From the NCBI GenBank assembly GCA_023213395.1, contig CM041465.1:67463741-67527740 (forward strand): a DNA stretch of 64,000 nucleotides. The letters are read 5' to 3'. The position numbers and the translations under genes were made by a program. This DNA is from Cycas panzhihuaensis. Lineage: Eukaryota > Plantae > Cycadophyta. How positions within the stretch are numbered: the stretch's first letter is position 1; the number at the start of each line of letters is the position of its first letter. Positions 12,454 through 25,044 of the stretch are shown here, in pieces. The notes beneath the pieces were generated by a model. The model was not told the DNA's origin, did not search any database, and saw nothing but the letters and a program-made list of their open reading frames with translations.

Positions 12454-13929
12454 ATAGGAAATTCGCACAAGTCAACATTTGGTGAATGCAATGTTCACAA
12501 TAGTTACAAAGTCTTTAATGTATAAGCAAGACGTACAAGATCACTTATTAGTTTAACGAATAATCTTGAGTTGTATTAATATCTATATCAGTATTGTATA
12601 TACAACAATTTAAAGTTCTTGATGAATTATAAAGAAATTTTGACTGTAGATCATTTCTACCTATGAAATATTATGTTGTAATTTTGTCACTAGATCATCT
12701 TTTTTATATTTGATCTTAGAGCTAAGTTCTTCCTATAGAAGAGTTAGTTTTACAATTCCATAATTTTTTATAGAGCTAGAAATTTGGTGGAACACAGTTG
12801 CTAGAGTTTGTAAATTTGTTAGAGGATTTTTGAAGTGTCAATGGAATTGTAAATTCTAAGGTATCATATTTGAAAGTTTATTTAGTTAGGTATACTATGA
12901 TTTTTAAAAAATAAAAAATATATATAAAATAGTGTAAAGTTTGTGTCAATTAAAAAAATCTATCGAAGAGATTTATTAAACTATTTTGGAATAGTAGAAT
13001 GTTGGAAAAAGGAATTTATGAAGTAATCCTAGATTGGATTCACTTCTTAAAAAATAAAAGAAGGCTAAAATAAAAGTTGAATAAACAAAATTTCCCTAGG
13101 CACCAAGTTCTAAAATAAATTAGGATTAACCTAAAAGAATAAAATTTACAAAATGATTTACAGGTCTTCCTTATTTATAGGTTCTAATATGGCTTCTTAC
13201 TAAAAAAATAGCTTCAATAATAATATTACTAATAAAATATTAGTTTCGTATTAATTTAAAAATACCAACTCTATAATAATAATAACAAAACCAACTTCTA
13301 ATATAATACCAACTTCTCCTAAATAGATTATGATCACTACAATCCATCTCACCTTCAAGGAATACTTCACCCACAAAGTATTACAACCTTGTTACTTGAA
13401 GTTGGAGCATGCATTTGCTTGTGCATATCTCTAATCCTTCACCTACATTGGCATAGTATCATAGATTTTTTATTCTTCTTTATTTTATTTTCTATATCCT
13501 CTTATTATATTTTATACTACTCTATTAGGATTTACTTTTATATGTGACTCTTTGTAATCAATCTTGAGACTTGCATGCTTTAAGGTCATATTTCCTACTT
13601 GTATATTGTGTCCACTTATACTTATCCTTAAGGGAAAATTAAGAAAATATGGGGGAAAGACATGCATCATGGAAATTGTATTGAGGAGATGGATTTTAGG
13701 AATAAGTAATATGAGTGTACGTATGGAATTACATGTAAGAAACATACAATGTGAAGTATATATTGCATGAGGGAAGATATATGTGGATATATATTAAAGA
13801 TAGGTAACTAAAAAGCATAAGCCACAGATAAGTTGTATCAAGGGAAAAACTAGGTGGAAAGTATGTATGAATGGAGAATGTGATATATGACAATTAAGTT
13901 CATAAAATAAAATGAATTTATGGGTGATG

Positions 13930-14286
13930 TGTTGGAAGCAAGGTATAGAGTGGGAGATTATATTAGTAAGTGAATAGTTATAAAGTGAAAATTAAACTTC
14001 TGAATAATATGTTGGTAGTGTTAAAAAATACTAGGGAGGTATTCCCACCCCATTTATAGGCAAATTTGGGGAGGTAGAAAGTGCCTCAACCTAACACAAT
14101 CAAAATTCAAAATAATATTAAAAATATTGAATAATAATTAAATATATACCTCAAAGTAGATGTATCAGCTCCTTTGGTGACTTGTAGTGGCTACTAGGTG
14201 GCCCGAGGTGTCCTAATGAGGGCCAAGGTGGCTTTGAGAGACCCTAGGTGCACATTAGCATGGAAACATTGGGTATTATCCTAACA
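13930..14286 (-). repeat. 3' LTR of the older copia
   Basis: About 80% similar to 32963-33319. Its start is homologous to the LTR at 3502. Confidence 0.9.
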
Positions 14287-14289
14287 TTC

Positions 14290-16430
14290 GCATCCATAAT
14301 GACTAATGTGAAGAAATCCTAATTTATCTCTGAATTTCTAAAATTTGACTTTGCCCAATGCTTTTGTGAAGATATCTAGTGCTTACTCTTGAGTGCTACA
14401 ATATGCTAATTTAATCTCTTCTGTTTGCACTAACTCTTGAATAAAGTGGTGATGTATCTCAATATATTTTGTTCTGCCATGGAAAATTAGATTCTTTGCC
14501 ATCTATATTGTACTCTGATTGTCATACCAAATTCTTGTGGGGCCTTTCTATTTTAGCTGAAAAGTCTTGGATTACTCTTTCCAACCATACTGTTTCATAT
14601 ACACCAGCAACTGCTACTGTACACTCTAATTCAGCTATATATAGAGAAGTTATTTTTTTTTTCTTGGTGCTCCATGTTATAGCTACTGATCCCATATTAA
14701 ATATATAACCTGAAGTTGATTTTCTGTCATTGATGTCACCTGCCTAATTTAAATCTATATAACCTATTAACCAGAATTTTGATGAAGCATTATAATATAA
14801 CCCATATTCTGAAGTACCTTTGAGATAACGAAGAATTCTTTTGCCTACTTGCTAATGAGTGCTCTTTGGATCTTGCAAGAATCTAGATATGATACTAATT
14901 GAATGTGTTATATTAGGTTGAGTGGATGTCAAATAGATCAATCTACTGATTAGTTGTCTGTAGAATGTAGGATTGACTGATATAGAATCATCTAATTTGG
15001 AGAGATTAATTCCTATTTATACTAGAGTTGCCAATGATTTACAATCATTCATCCTAAACTTTTGTAATAGATCCAGGGTATATTTTTATTGGGAGATGAA
15101 GATGCCATTCTTATCTTGCCATACTTCCAAACCTAGGAAGTAATGCATTAGTCCCAATTCTATCATTTTAAACTCTTTACACATAACTTTCTTAAAGTGT
15201 CACAACAAATATGAGTCATTTCTAATATAGACAACATCATTCATATAGAGTCCTATAATTAAGATAGAGTCTCTATTGATTTGGACGTAGAGAATGGGGT
15301 CTGCTTGAGATCTTCCAAAGCCTTAATCTCTAAAGTATTTATCTATTTAGGAATACCAGGCCCTGGGTGCCTATTTTAATCTATAAAGTGCCTTTTTAAG
15401 TTTGTACACTTTGTTTTCTACCCCCCTGACTTCAAAACCCAGGGGTTAAGTGGTATAAATATCCTCTTCAATATAACCATTAAGAAATGCACTTTTAATG
15501 TCCATTCGATATACTTTCTATCATATTTGGGTGGCCAAACTCATCATTATCTGAACTATTTCCATCTAAGCAATGGAGGCAAATGTTTCATTGTAATCAA
15601 TGCCTTTTTTTTGGGCATAACCCTTAGCAACCAATCTAGCTTTGTATTTATCGATTGACCCATCCAAGTAAAACTTAGTTTTATAGATCTATTTAGTGCC
15701 AATTACCTTTTTATTTAGATGTAAATTAACCAATTCCAAAGTGTCATGTTTAATAATAGAATGGTATTCATCTTGCATTACTTTTTTCTAAGATGCATGT
15801 TCATTGGCCTCATCAAAAGTTTGAGGCTCATGGGAATCCAATACTTTACTCATGAGGGTAAAATTTATCCTATGCGAGCGAGCGGATCTTTGAGTGTTGT
15901 CTAATATGTTGCATACATCATGATTCCATTGAACCCATTTTAGAAGATTTTATGGTGAAGGTTGAGAGGAGGTTCCCTCCCCACTAGGTTTATTGATAAC
16001 TCATCTAGAGTCAAACATAAAAGCCACATACTTTGATTTAGATGATTTATTAAAATTTATTACTACTTCTTTCTTCTTTTTTTGAGTATTTTGATAATAA
16101 GCATCTTCCTAAAATTTAACATCTCTACTCAACATGACCCTCTTTGACTTAAGATCATAAACTTTGTACAATTTGGAGGTTTTGCTATAGCCAAGAAATA
16201 TACATTTGATACTATGGTAATCTAACTTGGATCTCCTTTAGTTAGGGACATGTGCATATGCTAAGCACCCAAAGACTCTTAGGTGATGAATGTTTGGTTT
16301 ATAGTTGGTCCAAGTTTCTTCAGGTGTTTTCCACCTTAAGGGTTTGGTGGAGCACCTATTGAGAAGATAAACAGATGTATGAACTGCTTCTATCCAAAAT
16401 TCATGACCCAAATTCTTATCCTTCAACATG
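14290..16430 (-). pseudogene. Degenerate copia pol (INT C-terminus, RT, RNaseH)
   Basis: MLKDKNLGHEFWIEAVHTSVYLLNRCSTK..LRVFGCLAYAHVP, collinear with 9400-11500, many stops. Confidence 0.9.
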
Positions 16431-16435
16431 TACCT

Positions 16436-16812
16436 TGTAACATAACCTCACCTTTCCTTAGCAAGAGGAAACCACTAACAAGTAAGGATGGACTGCTAAG
16501 TCATCCAATAAGATGTAAGGCCGCTAGGGCCACCAATAGAGTTATGTGTATGGACCGCTAAGTCGTCCAATAAAATGTAAGGCCGCTAGGGCCACCAATA
16601 GAATCATTAAGGATGAAGACCCCTACTTGTGTATTTAAAGGGTTAAACTACTCATAATGTTATTGAGTATGATATCTTGAAAGGAGAAAGTACTTCGGTA
16701 CTCATTTTGGTGACTTATTTTCTGTGATCTGTTTGCGCATTCGTGTTATTTGGCTTCAATTTTTGCTAAGTATCAATTCCACGAGCCCCGATTGCTGAGA
16801 AGGAACGGTCCA
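16436..16812 (+). repeat. 5' LTR of the chromovirus
   Basis: TG...CA termini, internal ~62-bp-period tandem duplication. Confidence 0.97.
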
Positions 16813-17819
16813 AGTGGTATTAGAGCTGCGTTCGTGATCGTGGGAAGCTACCCGAAATAGTAAAAAAAAATTTCCTGTATGATTGAGTACTCTCTCTACC
16901 TAGGTAGAGATTGAGGAAAAACCTTTACTCAGTACTCTTTCCAAGAAGATTGAGGAACGGTAGCAGGACAGATTAGAGGTCACGAAGCAAAGGGGAATTT
17001 CGACCTTCAGGTACTGCAAGCAATTTATTTCTTCTATATTTAATTTAATTTTTTAGTTTTTTTTTCTGTATTAGGTTATAGTCCAAGGGTAGATAACACC
17101 GCTGGGTGGCTACCCTTTGTGGCATTTCCCACCTCTCCTTTCTAGGTAGATACCACCGCGTATACCCCCTTTAGGATTCCAAAACCCTCCCTAGTGCAGG
17201 TAACCTATTGGTTGCTGAAGTCTTGTGGTGCAGTGGTTAACGGTTAGCGCCATGAAGTTACCTGCCCCAACCTCTGTATCAGAAGTTTATTGGCAAGCCC
17301 ATAAGACCAAGCACACCTTATTCTGCAGTAGGTAGGACACATCCGTCCGCTTTCCTTGCCCTAGCCTTAGTCACAAGCCATTGACTGCCTGAATTTAAAA
17401 CTTGTCAGAACAGTCAAGCCTCTCTATAAAAAAAAAAAAAAAAAAAAAAAAAAAGACCTTATAACTTATATACCCTAACTTGATCAGCATCTTGTAAGGG
17501 TCATTTTACACTAGGTTAGTCTATACCCCCATTTTCATCCTTTTTGTACTGGTGGGCCCCACCACTCCAAATTTACCTTAAAACTCATACATCCCATTTC
17601 GATAAGTTTTTTGTGCTCTTTCTAGTAGACTAAATATCCTGCTTATGTAATTCTGGGGTCAACAGGCTATAGACACCCCACATTCCCTTATTTTGCCCCT
17701 TTCCTTTCCATATAGCAACTCCCTATTCTTCTATCCCATTCTTTCTTGAATCTGTCCCACTTCGTTTTTTCCCTTCTTTCTACTTACTCCTGCTTCTTTA
17801 ATCCCTTTCCTCAACTTCA

Positions 17820-20800
17820 ATGGCAAAAAATCAAACAGAAAAAATTTCTGAGTTGACCAATGATTTGTCTAACTTCAAAATAGAGGTCAGCGATAAACTT
17901 AGTAACATACCTACCAAATCTGACCTGGTCGACACCAAGAATAATATTATTAAACTAGTTCAACAGTGGTTATCACCCCATGCCCAAAGCACAGGAGCTT
18001 CTACCTCAACGGGTAACCAACCTCCCCCTTCTCCAGGAAGCAATGCACATACAGGAGGTTCTCCACCAAGACAACCGTTTTTCCACCACAAGATCAACAT
18101 TCCTACCTTTGATCTAGATGTGAATAGAGAGTGCACTCGAAGCTGGATTAATAAGTTAGAATCCTACTTCACTCTCCACCTGATGTCAGAAGAGGACCAA
18201 CTCTTATACGCTTCCATTCATTTGGACAGTCGAGCTCACCATTGGTTCAACTGGTGGAAGCGGGAATATCCCTCTCACCAAACTTGGTCGCACTTCAATA
18301 GTTGTTTCTTCGAACAATACAAAGATACATGGAGTCAATCTTTTTTCACACAACTCACCCTTAGCGGACATCAATCAGAGAAGCTTATATGGATGAATTT
18401 CAAGCTTTATATAATCGCACGCCACAAAGCCAAAACTTGGACAAACAAACAGTGATTGATATTTATGTAGCGGGACTTTAAGACTGTATTCAGATGAGAT
18501 TAAAGACAATGGCAATTTACTCCCTTCAGGAAGCTTTCAAGTGGGTACATGCAGTAGAAGCTGAGTTTGCAGTGATGCACCCTCGCCATTCGACGGGATA
18601 ACTCTTGGTTCTCACGTACTCGACAAGCAGATCTCCAGCGACCTCGACCTCGATTTGACGATGCTTCTCGTCCTCAAGCTGACTTCACACGCCCTCGACC
18701 ATGACAGGATGATTCTCGTCCACCTATGGATCGCCAGAATGAGGATACATCCACCAAAAGAGTCCAGATTTCTGAAGCTGAAGCACAACGTCAACTTGAG
18801 GCCGACCTTTGTATGCAGTGTGCAGAAAAGTGGACTTCCGGTCATGGTCATTTTTGCAAGGCACGGCGTATGGTTTTCTCCATTGACCCATCCCTCCCCT
18901 CTGACAATCCCCCTGATTCTAACTCTCCGACTGTGAGGTCGATGATGATACCCATGATGATCCCGCACTGCACTCCAACCTGAAGTATCTATATCCATTG
19001 TCACTACCTCCTCCTGCCCTGAACCCCTAAGAGTTAGAGGCTTTCTCCACAAGACTCCAATATCTATCTTGATTGACGGTGGCACGTCACTTAACTTCAT
19101 TGATATTTCGATTGCTAGACAACTTAACCTATATATCGTCCCAAAAACTGGCTTCACATGCTCTCTACCAGGGTACCAGAAACTCCATTGTGCAGGTGTT
19201 ATCAAAAACCTCCAAGTCTAAATTAGCTCATACCTTTTAGTATCAGACTTCTATGCCTTGTCAATAGGAGGATCTGATGTCATCTTAGGGATTCAATGGT
19301 TGCAAACACTAGGGACTTATAGCACGAACAACTCACCTACAAATCCATTCACTGCTTTCAAAGACCACATGGGGTGAAACCACAAAATTTACGGAATGCA
19401 ATCCCCCCGAACCAAGTGGTCTCTCCTGGATGCATGAAACGCCATCTTCAATCTCACTTAGGGTATATAGTCTACCTCAATAATATTCAAATCGAACCAC
19501 AAATTCATCGACATATCCAGGATGTCATTACCCAATATGAACAAGTATTTGCCCCTCTGCCTGCCACCACCCCTCCTGACAGCAGTTTCTTTCATACAAT
19601 TGACCTCCAATCTAACCATGACCCTATCAGCCTTCGACCTTACCGAAACTCATAGTTCCAAAAGAATGAAATCGAGAAACTCACAAATGAACTCCTTGAC
19701 ATGGGCATAATCCAACCTAGTAAAAGCCCCTATGCATTTCAATTGTCTTAGTTTGGAAGAAGGATGGCTCCTTTTGCCTCTGTGTTGACTATAGGGAATT
19801 AAATAAGATTACCATAAAAAATAAGTTTCCCACCCCTCACATAGATGACATGCTAGATGAAATCCATGGTGCAACCATATTTTCTAAGTTAGACCTCCAA
19901 TCTGGTTATTACCAAATCCCAATTGCCCCACAAGATTGTCATAAGACAGCATTTCGCACACATCATGGCCATTTTGAGTTTTGAGCAATGCCCTTTGGCC
20001 TTTGTAATGCCCCAGCAACCTTCCAAGCTCTCATGAATAGAATCTTTGGGCCCTACCTTCGAAAGTTTGTCATAGTTTTCTTTGACGACATTCTTATTTA
20101 TAGTGCCTGCCTAGATCTCCATATCCAACACTTAGAAATTGTTCTTCAAATATTGCAGAACCACCAACTCTATGCAAAACTATCTAAGTGTGAGTTCGGA
20201 CAATCAAAACTCAAATATTTGGGCCATATCATATCATCAGAAGGGGTACGTGTAGATCCTGACAAAATATCGGTCATCACAACGTGGCCAACACCTACCA
20301 CTCTTACCCAACTACGAGTATTTCTTGGGCTCACAAGGTTTTATTGACACTTTGTGTGTAACTATGCAACTCTTGCCACCCCATTAACTAACCTCCTTCG
20401 TAAAGAGGCTTTTCAATGGTCTCCCGAAGTAGAGGCTGCCTTTGCCCACCTTAAGGTTGTAATGACCTCCACTCCGATCCTCATCACTCCTGATTTTAAC
20501 CAACCCTTCCAACTTGAATGCGATGCTTCAGGGTTTGGTTTAGGTGCTATCCTAATGCAAGACTCTCATCCCATTGCATTTGAAAGCCGAAAATTAAAAG
20601 ATCACGAGCTTCACCTCTCTACATATCAGAAAGAAATGAAGGCTATTCTCCATGCTATTGATAAATAGTGGCATTATCTCTTAGGCTCTAAGTTCACTAT
20701 TCTTATAGATCATCGTAGCCTCCATAATTTATTGACTCAGCCAGTCTTGTCAGAAGAACAAGCTAAGTGGATTCATCGATTACAAGTCTTTGACTTCTCA

Positions 20801-22336
20801 ATAGCATATAAAAAAGGTAAAGACAATGCAGTGGCAGATGCTCTTTCACGTCTCCATCCTAACGACAATGGTCTGAACCCAAGCCTCCATGCCATCAAGA
20901 ACCCCAACCCCTTTGGCTCGATGAACTATGTGTTGAAAATCAAGCCCACCAGACTATCCTAATTGAGGGAAAAGTTCTCACCCATAAAGGTTGGTCAACC
21001 TTCAACAATCATCTCCTCTACCACAATCGTATCTTTGTCCATCCCTCCTCCTCATTCATCCCTAAAATCCTAATGGAATACCACTCATCTCCCTTGGTGG
21101 CCACTGCTTCGATAAGACTTATCGACTGATTCTGCAGACTTCTTTTGGCCCCACATGAAGACCACCATATTCACCTTCAGACGAATGTGACACCTGTCAA
21201 CGAAATAAAGTAGAGACCAAACCTCTCCCTGGCCTTCTTCAAGCATTAAATATTCCGCAAGGTAAGTGGCAAGATATTGCCATGGACTTCATCACGGGCC
21301 TACCACCATCTGCCGGGTTTGACTCCATTTGGGTAATCATTGATCGATTAACCAAGTACTCACACTTTCTCCCAGTGCACACCTCCTATTCATCCTCCCG
21401 TCTCACTGACTTATACGTCCAATTCATATTTTGCCTCCATGGGTTTCCATCATCTATCGTTTGTGACCGCGACCCTAAGTTTACCAGCTCCTTTTGGCAA
21501 GAACTCTTTAAGGCCGTTGGAACCTCCTTTAACATGAGCTCTGCCTACCACCCACAAACAGATGGCCAATCTGAGGTTCTAAACAAAACTTTAGAAACTT
21601 ATCTACGTTGCTTTGCTTCAGAACATCAAGCTAAGTGGACCTCATGGCTTGCCCTGGCCGAGTATTGGTATAACTCCTCCCATCATTCTGCCATTGGTAT
21701 GTCCCCCTTTTTGGCTCTTTATGGCTACCACCCACCTTCTCACCATACCCTAGCTACAATTTTAGAATAGCTTCAGGCAACAAAAGCTTCAAGAAATGGA
21801 TCAAATCTTGCATGCCCTTCGACAAAATCTAGCTAGTTCTCGAAATCGAATGAAGCAGCTAGCAGACTGCCACCGATCTGATAGATCCTTTGATATTGGA
21901 GATCTAGTATACCTCTACCTCCAACCTTATAAGCAACAATCACTCAAGTCCCATCAAGGGCATAAACTAAGCCCCTGCTACTATGGCCCTTATAAGATCC
22001 TGCACAAAATTGGTGAAGTTGCTTATGCCCTTGAACTCCTCCCAAACACTAATATTCATAATGTCTTCCACGTATCCTGCCTAAAGAAATACCTTGGAGC
22101 TAAAGTTACACCCCACACAACCCTTCCTATTCTCTCTGAAGAACAAACTCTTACAGTTCCTCATGATAAAATCCTTACCAGTCGCCAGCGCCACCTCCAG
22201 AATCGTACTATTTCTGAACACTTGGTATAGTGGGTCAGCTGCGATGCTGATGAAGCTACTTGGGAGTCGAAAGAGTTCATCCAGAAACATCCTCATCTCC
22301 AACGCTGCGAGGACTCAGCGTCTCAGGGGGGGGACC
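17820..22336 (+). pseudogene. Gypsy gag-pol with C-terminal chromodomain, disrupted
   Basis: Gag (AHHWFNWW..TWSHF), protease LIDGGTSLNFI, RT MPFGLCNAPATFQ..FFDDILIYS, RNaseH ECDASGFGLGAIL, INT MDFITGLP..SAYHPQTDGQSE, YYGPY motif, chromodomain KILTSR..EHLV*W..DEATWE. Confidence 0.95.
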
Positions 22337-22713
22337 TGTAACATAACCTCACATTTCCTTAGCAAGAGGAAACCACTAACAAGTAAGGATGGACCGTTAA
22401 GTCATCCAATAAGATGTAAGGCCGCTAGGGCCACCAATAGAGTTATGTGTATGGACCGCTAAGTCGTCCAATAAAATGTAAGGCCGCTAGGGCCACCAAT
22501 AGAATCATTAAGGATGAAGACCCCTACTTGTGTATTTAAAGGGTTAAACTACTCATAATGTTATTGAGTATGATATCTTGAAAGGAGAAAGTACTTCGAT
22601 ACTCATTTTGGTGACTTATTTTCTGTGATCTATTTGCGCATTCGTGTTATTTGGCTTCAATTTCTGCTAAGCATCAATTCCACGAGCCCCGATTGCTGAG
22701 AAGGAACGGTCCA
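22337..22713 (+). repeat. 3' LTR of the chromovirus
   Basis: Direct repeat of 16436-16812. Confidence 0.97.
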
Positions 22714-22994
22714 TACCTTGTCATTTTGACAATTATATGATTATTCCTTATTACTATACCATTTTACTATGGGGTGTAGGGATTGGTGATTTACCTTCTA
22801 ATTCTATGATATACACAATATGCTTTAAATTTATTAAAGATAAATTCTACCATATTATCTGATCTTAAAGAAAGCAGCTTATGCCCACTTTGTCGCTCCA
22901 CAAAGGTTTTAAAGTTAATAAAGTATTGAAATGTGTCCAATTTAAATTTAAAGAAGAATACCCATGACTTTTTAGTGTAATCATAAAGAAACAT

Positions 22995-23447
22995 TGTTAG
23001 AAATATTAATGTTAGTTTTATATTCATGTTAATTTATGTTATCTTTTATGTTAGATGTGTAAATATAAATTTAAGTGATGTAAAGGTCTAATTTTATAAA
23101 ATTGATGTTAATACTTAATTATTATGTGAAGGTCCTTGAAATGCGCAACTAGCCATTTCAACAAACCTCTCTTTCTAAAAATAGCCTCTCCTAGATTTTA
23201 GGAATGGGTTTCAAGAATCTAGGAGACTGTCAAAAGCCTAGTTTGAAAGGTTGGTTTATGTTTGTATGATTTCAAGTTTCTTGTAAATTTTCTAAGTCAA
23301 TAAAACATTAGATTAGTGAGGTGGTTTTTCTTCCCTAGAAGGGGTTTTCCACCTGTTAAATATTGTGTATGTGTGCAATGTCTCATTTTACCTATGTATG
23401 TTAATTTCTTTGATCCTTTAGCATTATGTATGTTACCCATTATCACA
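22995..23447 (+). mobile_element. Solo LTR (453 bp) inserted in the copia integrase
   Basis: TG...CA termini with TSD AACAT (22990-22994, 23448-23452). Removing it restores ..LYFIMFLYDYTKKSW. GTGGTTTTTC..GGGTTTTCCAC motif typical of copia LTRs. Confidence 0.85.
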
Positions 23448-23739
23448 AACATAATAAAGTAGAGAGCTCTTACTAATGAGAGGATATCCATTAGAATGTA
23501 TATATTTGTATATACTAACGGAAGTGGATCAGTTGCCAGATGACTAAAATTTAAAAATCTTTCACTATGTTGCTTACTAAGTAAACATCATTCCCATAGA
23601 GTTTTGTTCACTTCAATGTTAGGCAACCCATTTACCATATTCATTCTTTTCGTTAAGGATAAACTACTATAGTTAAGATGGCCAAATCTCCTATGCCATA
23701 AGTCACTATCCACTTTGACTATAGTTCTTAAGGCATAGG

Positions 23740-25001
23740 TATAGGTTTCTTACGGAGAATAAAGCAGAACAGTAAACCATAACAACTTAATCCATATTGT
23801 AAAAGATATAAAATATCATTTGTATTAATCTATATTACTCAAAGTATATGAAATATTCCTTGAAGAGGTGGTGTTGATGAACATTGGAGGAGATAACCCC
23901 ATGGAATACATACTTTTGAGGGAGAAGAGAAACCTCCTCAGCTTTTAATTTAAATTAATATTAAATAATATTCAACATTAAATACAGTTATCTAACTTAC
24001 CTTTGAGGCTTATCCATTGCATACTCTAATGTGGGGTCATGTGATGAGCATTAACCTAACATTCTCCTCCTTAATAGTCATCACATACATCTTTATCTTC
24101 TCTTTGAACTTATGATACTTAAACTTGAAGATAATTTTGAATACTTGTCCTTTAGCTTTATCATCATTTGTGAAGTGGTTATCAACTCGCCTTGTTATCC
24201 TTTTAGTAATGTGTGTCTCTTTAGTATTATATGGTTCAAAAAATCTCCAAATAAGTGTAAGGTACTTCAAATGGGAATGAGTGGCTGCAGCTTTAACTTT
24301 ATCTTTTGGAATCTTTATTTTATGAGTAGCTATCATATCATAAGATTTCTCCCTTCCAAATGAAAGATCATCTTCATGCGCAATAATGTGATCGTTCATT
24401 TGACTTGGGTCTTCTTCATTAGTCTTTTCAACACCATAAACCTACTCTAACATCTGTCTTACATTTACAATAACATCATAGTCAAACTCATTCACATTGA
24501 GGATTTTTCCCCCATAAATAGATGCTAAGGTATCCCATACAAATTTGGATGTGGGCATTTCATAAACATAAGAAAATACATTGTTATGTATGGTGCAAAA
24601 TAATATGGTTAAGGTCTCATTGTCCTTCTTTAGATCTCCTTTAATATTTTATTCATATCTTTAACATATTTCTAAAGATCATGTATAATAAAGTATATTT
24701 ATATTATTTTGCTCAATCTTTGAAAATCATTACCATAAAATATAAGAAATCTTATCTTATTTAAATTCATTTCCATTGAAAAAAGACTTTAGTACATAAT
24801 TGAAAAAGTATAATTTTCAAATAAGAAGATAAACCATTAAATGAGCACTTATGATTTTTAATACACTTTTGATAAATGAAGTAAATGATAAAGATATTCC
24901 TTCTAAATGATCCAAAAAGAATGCAAGCTAATGTGTTTTAAAAAATAATAAATCAATGATAAAAATAAATTATCAATGATGTGGTCTTGCTTAGGGTTTT
25001 G

Positions 25002-25044
<43 letters not shown>

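Larger units (their letters stand above)
16436..22713 (+). mobile_element. Full-length Ty3/gypsy chromovirus (Reina-like), 6.3 kb, inserted in the copia integrase
   Basis: TSD TACCT at 16431-16435 and 22714-22718. Two 377-bp LTRs with ~7 differences. PBS TGGTATTAGAGC at 16815-16826 and poly-G PPT at ~22325-22334. Confidence 0.97.

Noticed and set aside
18612-19205. 197-aa antisense ORF (also 1916-2293, 7693-7935, 49471-49898)
   Set aside because: Shadow frames of gag-pol or F-box coding sequence
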